From contig JACVGW010000005.1 in assembly GCA_018992565.1 (NCBI GenBank), forward strand, positions 1 to 64,000: a DNA stretch of 64,000 bases. Direction: 5' to 3'. Of the stretch, positions 37,136 to 47,270 are shown piece by piece. The notes below the pieces were generated by a model. It was not told where the DNA came from and did no database searches. It was given only the letters and a program-made list of their open reading frames with translations. The stretch's first letter is position 1, and the number at the start of each line of letters is the position of its first letter. The position numbers and the translations under genes are program-made. Source of the stretch: Theionarchaea archaeon (GTDB lineage Archaea; Methanobacteriota_B; Thermococci; Methanofastidiosales; SZ-28-30).

Positions 37136-38041
37136 TCAATCTCCATTTTCAGCAATATATTCCTCAGCCGACATGGCAGCTGAAGCCCCATCTCCCACTG
37201 CTGTAGCCACCTGCCTGTGTTCCTTTGATCTGCAGTCACCGGCAGCAAACACACCTTTTGCTGATGTACGCATGTCTGAATCCGTTACAATATACCCTGC
37301 CTTGTCTTTTTCAACGTTGATCATGGCAGTATTTGGCATTCTGCCAATATAAACGAAGATTCCGTCCACATCAACATCTTTTTCTCCCCCTGTTTTCACA
37401 TTATGTATGTGGATTTCTTCTACCCTCTGGTCACCTTTGATTGCGGTGACTATTGAGTCCCATACGAAGGTAATCTTCTCATTTTTGAAAGCTTTTTCCT
37501 GGATTATTCTTTCTGCACGTAGCTTGTCTCTCCTGTGAATAACAAAGACATGAGAAGCGAATTTTGTCAAGTATATAGCTTCTTTTACAGCAGAATCTCC
37601 TCCTCCTACAACAGCCACCTTCCTATCTGAAAAGAGGGCACCATCACAGGTGGCACAGAAGCTTATTCCTCTCCCTTTAAAGTCTGCGCATCCAGGAACA
37701 TCCAGTGTTCTGGGATCTGCTCCAGTTGCCACTATCAATGCTTTCCAATTGTAATTCTCCGATCTCGTGGCCGCTGTCTTCTTCTCTATAGTGACTGCCT
37801 CAACCTCGTTTGAAAGTATCTGGCATCCGAATTTCTCTGCCTGTTCCTGCATTTTCGCAACTAATTCATGTCCAGGTACACCCTCAGGATATCCAGGGTA
37901 ATTCTCGATATAATCTGTAACTGCAGCCTGACCTCCAGGCATCAGCCTCTCCAGAATAACTGTTTTAAGGCGAGCTCTTGCAGCATAAATACCAGCAGAC
38001 AATCCTGCAGGGCCTCCTCCTATTATAACAACGTCATACAT
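37136..38041 (-). CDS. trxB: Thioredoxin-disulfide reductase
   Basis: GGGPAG, CATCDG, GGGDSA, FAAGD. Confidence 0.94.
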   Translation of the reverse strand: MYDVVIIGGGPAGLSAGIYAARARLKTVILERLMPGGQAAVTDYIENYPGYPEGVPGHELVAKMQEQAEKFGCQILSNEVEAVTIEKKTAATRSENYNWKALIVATGADPRTLDVPGCADFKGRGISFCATCDGALFSDRKVAVVGGGDSAVKEAIYLTKFASHVFVIHRRDKLRAERIIQEKAFKNEKITFVWDSIVTAIKGDQRVEEIHIHNVKTGGEKDVDVDGIFVYIGRMPNTAMINVEKDKAGYIVTDSDMRTSAKGVFAAGDCRSKEHRQVATAVGDGASAAMSAEEYIAENGD

Positions 38042-38440
38042 TCAATCACCAAACAGTCTCTTGTGCTCTATCATCATACACTTGTTCATGACCACAAAAA
38101 TCCCATGGGCTTCAGCCTCTTTCCGCACCCGTTCATCTTCAATTCCCAGCTGCATCCACAAAACTTTGGGGGACACTGCCAGGATGTCAGGCACAAAATC
38201 CACTATATCTTCAGATGGCCTGAACATTTGAACGATATCTATCTCTCCCGGAATGTCTCTCAGACTGCTGTAGCACTTCTCACCGAATATGTGGTCAGCA
38301 TTGGGATTAACCGGGATGATTGTATACCCCTTTTCTTTCAGATATTGAGGCACAGTGTGAGCAGGTTTTCTCATGTCTGCAGAAGCTCCCACTACAGCAA
38401 TTGTCCTCAGGGAGAATACCCACGGGAGATCTTTCTTCAT
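38042..38440 (-). CDS. CoA-binding protein (YccU-like)
   Basis: IAVVGAS, IPVNP, WMQLGI, MNKC. Confidence 0.9.
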   Translation of the reverse strand: MKKDLPWVFSLRTIAVVGASADMRKPAHTVPQYLKEKGYTIIPVNPNADHIFGEKCYSSLRDIPGEIDIVQMFRPSEDIVDFVPDILAVSPKVLWMQLGIEDERVRKEAEAHGIFVVMNKCMMIEHKRLFGD

Positions 38441-38691
38441 ACACTGGTTACTCTGGGCATTTTAAAAAGGTTTCATTCTGGCGTCATGGCATCACTGATT
38501 GAAATGTGTACGAATAGCAGGGGTTCTGCTTCCTACAATCCCTCCGCAGAGATTTCATCCAGGCTTCGCAAAAGTGCGAAAACACAAAAACGCTAAATAG
38601 AACATATTTTTTCAATTTAAAACATATATTAGCATTTATCATAAAAAAAGTTTAAATATCACCTTTTTTATTGTTGATCGAGGTGATTACA

Positions 38692-38763
38692 ATGTTTATG
38701 GAATACACCATAGCACGAACACGGATGGAAGACATCCAGAGAACCTACCAGAAAAAATTCTAA
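38692..38763 (+). CDS. 23-aa small ORF MFMEYTIARTRMEDIQRTYQKKF (absent from the ORF track)
   Basis: BRE/TATA AAAAAAG-TTTAAATA at about 38644-38658, SD GAGGTGA 5 nt before ATG, hairpin GAAGATC-tttg-GATCTTC and pyrimidine tract after the stop. Confidence 0.6.
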   Translation: MFMEYTIARTRMEDIQRTYQKKF

Positions 38764-39000
38764 GAAGATCTTTGGATCTTCATTTCTCTTCTTGAATTTC
38801 TGCTGCAGGCATGAAGTGGTTCCAGAATGCCGAATACAACCCCATGATTCTGTTTCAATACTGTCCCTGGCTATTTTCTTATTTATCCACCGAGTTTCGA
38901 ATACTGGTCTCACATACATGACAGTCAAGGGGTAACTGAACTGGGAGTTGTCTTGCATTAAAAGAAAATCTTAAAAACAGTCCTGATCATAGTCTTATGC

Positions 39001-39768
39001 ATGCGCGCGTGTGTTACTGCAGATATTGAGCAGTTCTCAGATGCTATAACCAAGTATGGGTGTTTTCGTGAGTGTTCTCAGTCACCAGATGACTACCATG
39101 CTCTGAGAATACTCCTCGATATATTCTGTGAGGAGGACATACCTTCAACACTATTTGTTCTGGGTGCATATGCAGAAAGTAACCCGTCAATCCTGGATTT
39201 ATCGGGCGAGAATGGCCATGAAATAGCATCTCATGGGTACACACACCTGGACTTGCGTTCACTGTCATCTGCGGCTTTGCGAGAAGAGCTTTCCCGTTGT
39301 CATCACCTTTTTACTGCCAGGGGATTTCGTGCTCCCTACTATGGGTTTAACACTTTGATGGTGGAGTACCTGGAGCCCTATTTCGTGTATGACAGTTCCC
39401 AGATACCTGTGAGAAGCGCATCAAGAATGGATAGATTCCTCAATGTGTACATGCTCTCCAAATCACTCATGGAAATACCCATATCAACGGTGGGCATAAT
39501 CCCCCTTACCAGCATGATCCTTCGTATGTGCCCCTTATCCCTGGCAAAGATGATTGCCCTTTATGTTCTAAAGAGAGATGGGTACATGGTAATCAACTTC
39601 CATCCCTGGGAGTTTTCATGCGTACTCCCGGATGTCCCAATTCCTTCTTACGTCACGAAGAATACTGGACCTGCATTCACGAAGAAGGTGAAAGCATACT
39701 TGAGATTCCTCAGAGGGCTGGAGGTCGATTTTGTTACTATGGAGCAGATCTATGAACTCTACAGATAG
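39001..39768 (+). CDS. Polysaccharide deacetylase family protein (CE4/NodB)
   Basis: TADIE, HEIASHGYTH, GFRAP, YDSS, NFHPWE. Confidence 0.88.
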   Translation: MRACVTADIEQFSDAITKYGCFRECSQSPDDYHALRILLDIFCEEDIPSTLFVLGAYAESNPSILDLSGENGHEIASHGYTHLDLRSLSSAALREELSRCHHLFTARGFRAPYYGFNTLMVEYLEPYFVYDSSQIPVRSASRMDRFLNVYMLSKSLMEIPISTVGIIPLTSMILRMCPLSLAKMIALYVLKRDGYMVINFHPWEFSCVLPDVPIPSYVTKNTGPAFTKKVKAYLRFLRGLEVDFVTMEQIYELYR

Positions 39769-40303
39769 GAAACGGCTGGCCAGATATGCCTGGAACCACA
39801 AGCACTTGTTGTACAGCTATGTGCTGCTGAGGATGGCCATGATTTCTCCATTTGTTGGGTTGAATGCATTCCTTCACAGACTGCGAGGAGTGGTCATGGG
39901 GAAAGAAGTGAAAATTGCTCATGATGTTATAATAGACCCGGTGGAGCCGGCACGTGTTGTACTTGAAGATTTCGTCACCATAAGCCCACGAGTTACCATC
40001 TTCGCCCACAGCAACCCGACCTTACCGCTCTACGAGTATATGGGACCTCGGATGGTCAGCCACGTGAGAGTGAAGAAAGGCAGCTGGATTGGAACAGGAG
40101 CTATCCTTCTACCAGGAGTGACTGTAGGAGAATATACAGTGGTGGGAGCAGGAGCAGTGGTTACGAAAGATATCCCAGCTCATGTACTGGCTGCAGGGGT
40201 TCCTGCAAAAGTCATCAAGTCCCTGACCTGTCAGTATGAGATCCCTTCAGGTGCCACAAGAGACAGAGTCCTGGTTCTCGATGATGTGGCAGAGAAAAAA
40301 TGA
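39752..40303 (+). CDS. Hexapeptide-repeat O-acyltransferase
   Basis: WIGTGAILLPGVTVGEYTVVGAGAVVTKD, AGVPAK. Confidence 0.88.
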   Translation: MNSTDRKRLARYAWNHKHLLYSYVLLRMAMISPFVGLNAFLHRLRGVVMGKEVKIAHDVIIDPVEPARVVLEDFVTISPRVTIFAHSNPTLPLYEYMGPRMVSHVRVKKGSWIGTGAILLPGVTVGEYTVVGAGAVVTKDIPAHVLAAGVPAKVIKSLTCQYEIPSGATRDRVLVLDDVAEKK

Positions 40304-40358
40304 GGGCAGTAACACCCTTCCACATATACTGACTCATCTTCCAAGATGTATAGCTCAA

Positions 40359-41666
40359 TTATTCTGTTGATCGAGTAATGTGGACGTTTCTGGCCAAAAC
40401 GTGAGATGAAATACAGGGAAATCCCACTTCAGCCCACCAGTGAACCACCTTCTGTTCTTTCGCCACAGCCTCAATGTTCAGATAGAGCTGCAACATATTA
40501 TCCGACACCCTGATATTCTTTGTAGAACCCACAATCTCGCCATTCTTGATCACCAGGATGGCATCACGAGGAATGGTGGAGAAGTCTCCTGTCTGCACAT
40601 TCTGAAACCTGGTATACCAGGTGTTGGTGAGATAGAGCCCGTTTTTGACGTTCTGAAAGAGTTCTTCCGTGCTGTAGTCTCCTGGTAACATCCAGATATT
40701 CAGCGGTTCTGGCTTTACCAGTCCTGCATTGGCAGTGGTTTCTGTGTTCATTGCTCTGGCTGTTGAGGTATTGTGAAGATAGGTTTTCATTACACCTTTC
40801 TCTATCACATGGGTGTCTGTGGTGGGTACTCCCTCATCATCTGTTCTCATTGTGGCCAATCCCCTGGGTGTATCAATAACAGTCACTGCGTCTGAGGCCA
40901 CCTTCTCTCCGATTTTCCCGCCGTACATGGAACGTCCCGCCAGGACGTTGAATGCGGAAGTCATATCCACAGAATAATTCAAAATAGAACCCACAAAGAG
41001 AGGTGAGAGTATAACATCATACGTGCCTTCTTCCCCCTGTACAGGATCTCTCGCCAGCCGGGCAAATTCCCCTGCTTCTTTCCCTGCCTTTTCAGGATCA
41101 AATCCCTTGAGAGTGGAAGAACAGGTCACACTATGCCCAGAGGCCTCTTTCTGAGAGAAAGCCCGGATGGAAAGCTCAATAGAAGTCTTCTCATCCTGAA
41201 CCTCCACGTTTTGCGATGTGGAAAGCGCCACACGTTCATTGACTACCTGCAGGGCACCGAAAGTAGTATCAGCATGCTCTGTGGCCGTGTTTATCGCGGC
41301 CATGATATAATCTGCATGATCAGTAATCCCTCTTAATCCCGGATCACTTTCAATATCTGGATATTTGAAAGGGCCTTCAGCAATCCCACCATATTCTGGA
41401 TTTTCCTTGCTGATTCTGGCCAGCTTCACTGCCTGTTTCAGTGTCTCATCGATTATTTCAACATTCCTGATCTCTGTGAGTACGACTCTCCTCTCATACA
41501 CCAGAAAAATATTCAGCACAGTCTCAAACCAAGTCTTGGCGATATCGATCTCATTGTTGGAGAACCGCACCTGCTGGTTACACGAGTCAACTCCTTTGAC
41601 GATAACCTCTGTTGCTCCCAGTTCAAGCGCCTTCTTCACTGCGTACCTCGTATTCTCTATCATCAT
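40359..41666 (-). CDS. tldE: TldE/PmbA family protein
   Basis: VRFSNNEI, DDEGVP, YTRFQN; lacks HExxGH; paired with tldD. Confidence 0.85.
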   Translation of the reverse strand: MMIENTRYAVKKALELGATEVIVKGVDSCNQQVRFSNNEIDIAKTWFETVLNIFLVYERRVVLTEIRNVEIIDETLKQAVKLARISKENPEYGGIAEGPFKYPDIESDPGLRGITDHADYIMAAINTATEHADTTFGALQVVNERVALSTSQNVEVQDEKTSIELSIRAFSQKEASGHSVTCSSTLKGFDPEKAGKEAGEFARLARDPVQGEEGTYDVILSPLFVGSILNYSVDMTSAFNVLAGRSMYGGKIGEKVASDAVTVIDTPRGLATMRTDDEGVPTTDTHVIEKGVMKTYLHNTSTARAMNTETTANAGLVKPEPLNIWMLPGDYSTEELFQNVKNGLYLTNTWYTRFQNVQTGDFSTIPRDAILVIKNGEIVGSTKNIRVSDNMLQLYLNIEAVAKEQKVVHWWAEVGFPCISSHVLARNVHITRSTE

Positions 41667-41667
41667 A

Positions 41668-43074
41668 TCACCTCATGAAAACCTCTCGCAGGCGGGTTGT
41701 AGGCCCACCGTACAGCACATCCATCTCTTGAATGGGGTCTCCTTTCCCGCAGTTGCCTGCTCTGAACATGAGGTCTTTTCCTCGAGCATCCACAGCCATC
41801 CAGAATCCGGGAGTAGTGATCTCCAGGATAGGCCTCTTCACCATACAGGTTATTTCGCCATGTTCAATGAGGTATGCCTCCCTTCCTATGTATTTCTGGT
41901 TATACCGCTTGTCATCTATGTTCCACTCAGTATACGACTTCATGTATATCCCGCGGTTTACACCCTCAATCAGCTCTTCTTCTGCATACTCTCCAGGCAG
42001 CAGGAACGTATTGGCCATCCTCACTATTGCTTCTCTATTATATCCTGAACTCCTTGCTGCCCCATTGCTGGTAGTCCCCATCCGTGCTGCAGATTCTCTA
42101 TTATGGAGGAATTGATTGATCATTCCTTCTTTGTAAAGGAGTCGTCTCCTGGATTTCACACCTTCATCATCATATCCATAGTAGCCGAAGCTGTGTTCTA
42201 TGGTTGGATCTTCTGCAACTGTCACTTCATCTGATCCAACACGAGTTCCCAGAAGCTCCTCATTCATAAAGGATGCTCCTGCCTGGGAGGCTTCCCTGCC
42301 CAGGATGCGATCTGCTTCCATCGGGTGACCACAACTCTCATGACAGATAATACCAATGACGTCAGGTCCCACTATCAGGTCCATGGTGCCCTGGGGGGAT
42401 TTTTCTCCCTCTTTCATGAGCCTCTGTAGCATCTCCACTTCATGCTGCCCATCTTTTGCCACATGAAACTGCTCAAACCCTTCCCATCCTCCTGCGCGAC
42501 CAAAGCGTCTCATACTCTGTTCCACCTGGCTACCACACTTTACTGCGAGAAAATATGAACAGATCAACACAGGAAGAATTCCAGTAACCTTGGTACCTTC
42601 GGAGGTCACAACAAGCTTCTTGGTTTGCTTATCAGTAAGATTCAGCATCCTGCCAGGGATATCTCCTGATGAAGAGATGGCTTCATCCACCTCCAGGAGG
42701 TTGTCCACCTTCTGCTGGGCATCAATGTCTGAGAGGTTCTCCTTTTGGGGGACTTCCCATACAGCAGTAGCTCTTTTTTCTTCAGAGAGGCGGGGAGGAG
42801 CCTTTCTCCTACAGGATTCTGCTTGTTTAAATGCTTCTTTCACCGCCTTGCGCACACTCTCTTTGCTCAGGTTACAGGTTGAAGAGAATCCTATACCCTT
42901 CAGAGTGATGACTCTGATCCCAATACCCTCATTAACGTAGGTAGACGCAGCATCGAGTACGCCGTTCTTGAGCATAATATCATTTCTTTCCTGGCGTTCC
43001 AGCCTGGCATCAGCATACAAGGCCCCCAGTGTGGAGGCTGCATCTACAGCAAACTCTGCACGATCTTCATCCAT
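41668..43074 (-). CDS. tldD: TldD metalloprotease
   Basis: HESCGHPMEADR, YDDEG, VRMANT, CGKGDP. Confidence 0.9.
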   Translation of the reverse strand: MDEDRAEFAVDAASTLGALYADARLERQERNDIMLKNGVLDAASTYVNEGIGIRVITLKGIGFSSTCNLSKESVRKAVKEAFKQAESCRRKAPPRLSEEKRATAVWEVPQKENLSDIDAQQKVDNLLEVDEAISSSGDIPGRMLNLTDKQTKKLVVTSEGTKVTGILPVLICSYFLAVKCGSQVEQSMRRFGRAGGWEGFEQFHVAKDGQHEVEMLQRLMKEGEKSPQGTMDLIVGPDVIGIICHESCGHPMEADRILGREASQAGASFMNEELLGTRVGSDEVTVAEDPTIEHSFGYYGYDDEGVKSRRRLLYKEGMINQFLHNRESAARMGTTSNGAARSSGYNREAIVRMANTFLLPGEYAEEELIEGVNRGIYMKSYTEWNIDDKRYNQKYIGREAYLIEHGEITCMVKRPILEITTPGFWMAVDARGKDLMFRAGNCGKGDPIQEMDVLYGGPTTRLREVFMR

Positions 43075-43170
43075 GGAATCACAGACTTCACCAGGGTAGT
43101 CCCTTATATAAGCCTTTTCATGGATGTCACAACGAACCTTCAATGTCTATACCAAGATAGACTCTGGGAG

Positions 43171-45681
43171 TCACTTAATAGAAACAACGACTGTGAATGG
43201 TCCTTCTGATTCAAGGTACAGGGTATACTTTCCAGAATATGCAGTGAATCTCATGGGTTCACCCTCTGCCCAGTAGAGTGTCTCTCCAAGGAGCACGGGG
43301 GAAGCTGCATGACCTCCATGGAGAGATGCCTTTACATTCTCAGAGAAGGAGAGAACAATAGTCTTTCCCTGATAATCTCCCGGGATATCGAAGTACACCA
43401 TTCCTCCCTGACTGAACTTGAATTCATAACCAGAGACAGGGTATAACACGTGTTCAGTGGACAAGAGCTCCTGGTAGTCTATTGGTTTACTTCCTATGTT
43501 GTAGACAGCAGACTGACCGGAAATGAATACCAGGGGAAGAATGTCACTACCCAGATACGGAGTCAGTGGGTTATCATAGTACGCAGGAGGACATGTCTCA
43601 TCTGCAGGGGAGGTCCATCGCGAACTGAACCAGTATGCCACCTCATGTTCTCTGAGAAAGGTGAGAGCCTCCTGATAGTCCATCTCATACAGAGGCAGGG
43701 ATTCCAGCCCATCCAGTGAGAAGATTTTCTGATCAATGTAGTAATATCTAATATCGTACGTTGCCACGTACGTGCCTGGAGGTGTGTTCTCATTGAGAAA
43801 TCGCCAGCAGGGAGTGTCATGGGGGTAGAACTGCCTCACATATGCCCAGTCATCCAGTGGCTGGTCAGGAAATTGTTTCATATGAGATGCAACCATCAAA
43901 GGGCCGGTAATGACTATTCCCAGAATCACAATACTGAGAGAAACGGCTAGCCCAGCCTGAAGAGAATGCTTCAGCGTCTTAAACGAAAGAATTTCACATT
44001 TGTAGATAAGCCAGGCAAAAAAAGTTGAATATACGGGGATGTACACCAGGAGATACCGATCAAAGGTGGGTCTCACCAGAAATATCACAATACAGGTTAA
44101 GAACCATACTGCGAGCCATTTCCTCTCCCGTGCCCTTGGCCGGAAAACCACAAGGAATAGCAGGCCCACCACCATAGTCAAAGGGAGCAGGGGGCGGACT
44201 GAACTGATTCTGTTGAAAAGAAAATCAAGAATAGAAAAGGGCGACAGTACATTCAATCCCGCATATAAGGTCTGGGTCTGAAAATGTGTGGTATTGCTGT
44301 CCCAGAGGGGGTTCTGCAGTTGATACCCCAGCCCAAAGAGAGGGAACAAGGGATTCCCTGTGTAGAACAGGTTCCTCAGGAGAGGAGGCGAGCTGATCAC
44401 AGCGGGTAGTAGAAAGGTTCTCAATGGAAATTTCTGTCTTGCATATGTAATGACGAGAAATAAAAATGATGCCAGTGCCAGATAGCTGGTGAGACAGGCC
44501 ACTCCCAGACAGATGACACTTATGTATAATGAAGTCGTGTTTCCGGTCAAAATGTAACTGGTTATATGCAGCAGGAAGAGCCCGTTGAAGAAAATCAACA
44601 AAGTCATATAGTGAGGCGAGGCAGAAAACCCCAGAAAGAAGGGCACTGCCACAGCAACTATGACCGCATACATCCTGTGTGAAGGGAGAACTAGCCCGGC
44701 GAACAAGAATGTTACCACCAGACTCAGGACTCCCGCCATATAACTGAGAACACTCATCAGTTGGGCGTTGGAGTCTCCTGAGAGAACATAGGTGTAGCAC
44801 CCCAGCATCTGGTACGCGGGTGGGTAAGCAGCACTCATCTCAATACCGATAGAAGGGCCAAAGATCACGGGAAGACCTTTTTCTTCGTATACAAGTTTTG
44901 AGTAGTATGCCTGGTAGGCCAGGGAGTCCCATTCCAAAGGAGGAAACAACACTGCATAGACCATCCCGACCACCAGAATGATCCCGATGAGTCTCCACCA
45001 CTTCTTTTCCCGGGTTGATAGTGATATGTCTATATCGGGAACTCTGAATTTATGAGGTGGAATCAAGACTACTGCGCAGAAGAAAGCTGCATCAGTCAAT
45101 AAAACATTTCTCAATGTTAGAAGCTGAAGAGCTGCCAGCAAAAACGTTAAAAAGGCTGTCACTCCAAACCCGAAAGCAAAACTGAGGATAGCCTGTTGGA
45201 CAGGGGAGGTTTCAATCCATTTCCTGGTTATGATGAATCCTTTTATCACCATGATCCCAATGGCTCCTAATCCCAGGAGTGCAGAGAGAGTGATATCAAC
45301 CTGTAATATCAGAAGAGGGAAAGCGGCAGAGTGCACCAGTATGTTGATCAACCCCGTAAAGACATCCTGGTTAATACCAAATTTGAGAATTTCCTGGTAA
45401 CTGGCAAACGCATTGAACACCACACAGAATATGACGAACCCTGATAGTACCATGGGCAAGATTTTCAGTGATTTGAAGGAAAGAGCTGTACCTGTCCCCA
45501 GCAGTATCGCCAGGACTACCAGAACCTCCAGAGGGGTTTCATAGACCTGCATCCTCAACCAGGATAGTCCTGCATTCACAGGAGCATTCAACCACACAAG
45601 TATTCCTGCTGCTAATGCTACTGCTACGAATACAATCACAGAGTGAAGGGAAATCGGCTGGGCTCGATTCAGAAATGTCAC
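43171..45681 (-). CDS. Multi-pass membrane GT-C-fold glycosyltransferase-like protein
   Basis: Many TM segments, PPLEWDSLAY, YPP, RN..TGNPLFP, DRYLL; extracellular C-terminal domain. Confidence 0.65.
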   Translation of the reverse strand: MTFLNRAQPISLHSVIVFVAVALAAGILVWLNAPVNAGLSWLRMQVYETPLEVLVVLAILLGTGTALSFKSLKILPMVLSGFVIFCVVFNAFASYQEILKFGINQDVFTGLINILVHSAAFPLLILQVDITLSALLGLGAIGIMVIKGFIITRKWIETSPVQQAILSFAFGFGVTAFLTFLLAALQLLTLRNVLLTDAAFFCAVVLIPPHKFRVPDIDISLSTREKKWWRLIGIILVVGMVYAVLFPPLEWDSLAYQAYYSKLVYEEKGLPVIFGPSIGIEMSAAYPPAYQMLGCYTYVLSGDSNAQLMSVLSYMAGVLSLVVTFLFAGLVLPSHRMYAVIVAVAVPFFLGFSASPHYMTLLIFFNGLFLLHITSYILTGNTTSLYISVICLGVACLTSYLALASFLFLVITYARQKFPLRTFLLPAVISSPPLLRNLFYTGNPLFPLFGLGYQLQNPLWDSNTTHFQTQTLYAGLNVLSPFSILDFLFNRISSVRPLLPLTMVVGLLFLVVFRPRARERKWLAVWFLTCIVIFLVRPTFDRYLLVYIPVYSTFFAWLIYKCEILSFKTLKHSLQAGLAVSLSIVILGIVITGPLMVASHMKQFPDQPLDDWAYVRQFYPHDTPCWRFLNENTPPGTYVATYDIRYYYIDQKIFSLDGLESLPLYEMDYQEALTFLREHEVAYWFSSRWTSPADETCPPAYYDNPLTPYLGSDILPLVFISGQSAVYNIGSKPIDYQELLSTEHVLYPVSGYEFKFSQGGMVYFDIPGDYQGKTIVLSFSENVKASLHGGHAASPVLLGETLYWAEGEPMRFTAYSGKYTLYLESEGPFTVVVSIK

Positions 45682-45830
45682 CTTACTACACGGTAGTAAT
45701 GTCTTTTAAAAACCTTAGTTCTCTAGTGAGCTATTCCACTCCGAAACATCGTTTCAAACCTGCTTCTAGTATAACCCAGAAGAGTCCGCAATGATCAGGC
45801 TCTTACATCCTGAGCGCTGTGATTTGTACC

Positions 45831-47099
45831 TCAGGGCACGTGTGCCTCAAAGGTGCGTTGAATCCTCTTGAATTTGATCTTCTTGTCTCGGTTAATATGA
45901 TCCACTCTCTTGATATCAATGGTAACAGAACTGCCCAGGACATTCTGCATCTTATCATGCAGCGTGTTCTCTACATCCTCTGTAAATTCATCCCGGGGGA
46001 CAATTCTTATAACGACATGGGAAGGATTGTCCTGGATTATTCCAAATTCAGCTATTCCGGGCGTATTATGAAGCAGGGGACACATCCTGGTGCAGGGGAT
46101 CAATCCACCAGAAGGCAGTACAACAACATCATCAAGCCGCCCCTCAAGTTCTTTGATAACAGGGAGGCCCCGACCACAACAGCAGGGTTCATCTGAGGGG
46201 GCAGCAAGATCGCCTAGCCGGTATCTGATGAAAGGCATGGCCACATTCCACAGATTCGTCACCACTATTTCACCCCTTTCACCGGGGGCGACCTGTTCGC
46301 CTTCCTTCACAAATTCTACAATGACAGAATCTGCATCTATATGCATGCTGCCATGATCACATTCCCAGGCTACGGAGTTCATTTCTGCAGCACCATACTT
46401 GTTTATAGTATGGGTTTTGAGTATCTTCTCAATATAGTCTCTCCAGCCAGGGTACGCTACTTCTCCGCCAATAAGGACAATACGAGGTGTAATCCCTGTG
46501 ATGTCATTCCTTTCAATGGCTCTGCACACCCCAAAGAAAGTCGAGGGATGTCCGCCCAGTACATAAGGGTTTACTCGTCGGATGTCTTCTGCCAGCGGTT
46601 CAGAGTTCTTTTCAAGAACTCCAACAGTCCTGGAGAATGGTGACGAAGAAACACTCTCATATTCACCAGGTGAACTGCATACAATACAGAACTTGTGCCA
46701 TGGTCTGATCCCATGAGCGAAGTAGTTTCTGAGGGCAATGGCTTTGAGGCGGTTCCACGCTTCATCGTTGAACAGGATCTTGAGGATACTCCCGGAAGTA
46801 CCAGATGTTGTTTCCACTTTGCAGTTACTCTCTGAAAATCCAGGGGCAATAATGCCATCCGGGAAGACGGCCTTTATTTCTTCTTTTGTGACAAGAGGGA
46901 TCTTGGTAATATCCTCGAGTGTTGCAATATCCGAGGGTGTTATACCTGCAGCTTCGAATTTTGACCTGTACAAGGAGGTATTCCTGTAAGCATGGTTAAC
47001 CATGTATCTCAGACGTTTTTCCTGAAGGGTTTTCAGGGACTTCGGGCTTAGAAATTGGTTCTTGTATGCTGAGGGTAAATAGTAGAAAGCTTTCCACAT
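45831..47099 (-). CDS. Phenylacetate-CoA ligase/CapK-family adenylate-forming enzyme
   Basis: TTSGTSG, YGAAE, MPFIRYRLGD, EGRLDD. Confidence 0.88.
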   Translation of the reverse strand: MWKAFYYLPSAYKNQFLSPKSLKTLQEKRLRYMVNHAYRNTSLYRSKFEAAGITPSDIATLEDITKIPLVTKEEIKAVFPDGIIAPGFSESNCKVETTSGTSGSILKILFNDEAWNRLKAIALRNYFAHGIRPWHKFCIVCSSPGEYESVSSSPFSRTVGVLEKNSEPLAEDIRRVNPYVLGGHPSTFFGVCRAIERNDITGITPRIVLIGGEVAYPGWRDYIEKILKTHTINKYGAAEMNSVAWECDHGSMHIDADSVIVEFVKEGEQVAPGERGEIVVTNLWNVAMPFIRYRLGDLAAPSDEPCCCGRGLPVIKELEGRLDDVVVLPSGGLIPCTRMCPLLHNTPGIAEFGIIQDNPSHVVIRIVPRDEFTEDVENTLHDKMQNVLGSSVTIDIKRVDHINRDKKIKFKRIQRTFEAHVP

Positions 47100-47270
47100 G
47101 GAGTCACCTTCTTCATCAGTCTTCAACTCACCTTTTTTTGCAGCTTAAAAAGATTTGTGAGAAATGAGAAATGAAAGTGATACGCGATAATGGGAGCAGA
47201 ACTACGGGCTGGCACTCAAAAGGTTGACAATCATTTAGGTTATGAAATCATCTAATCTGAAGGTGGGCAA

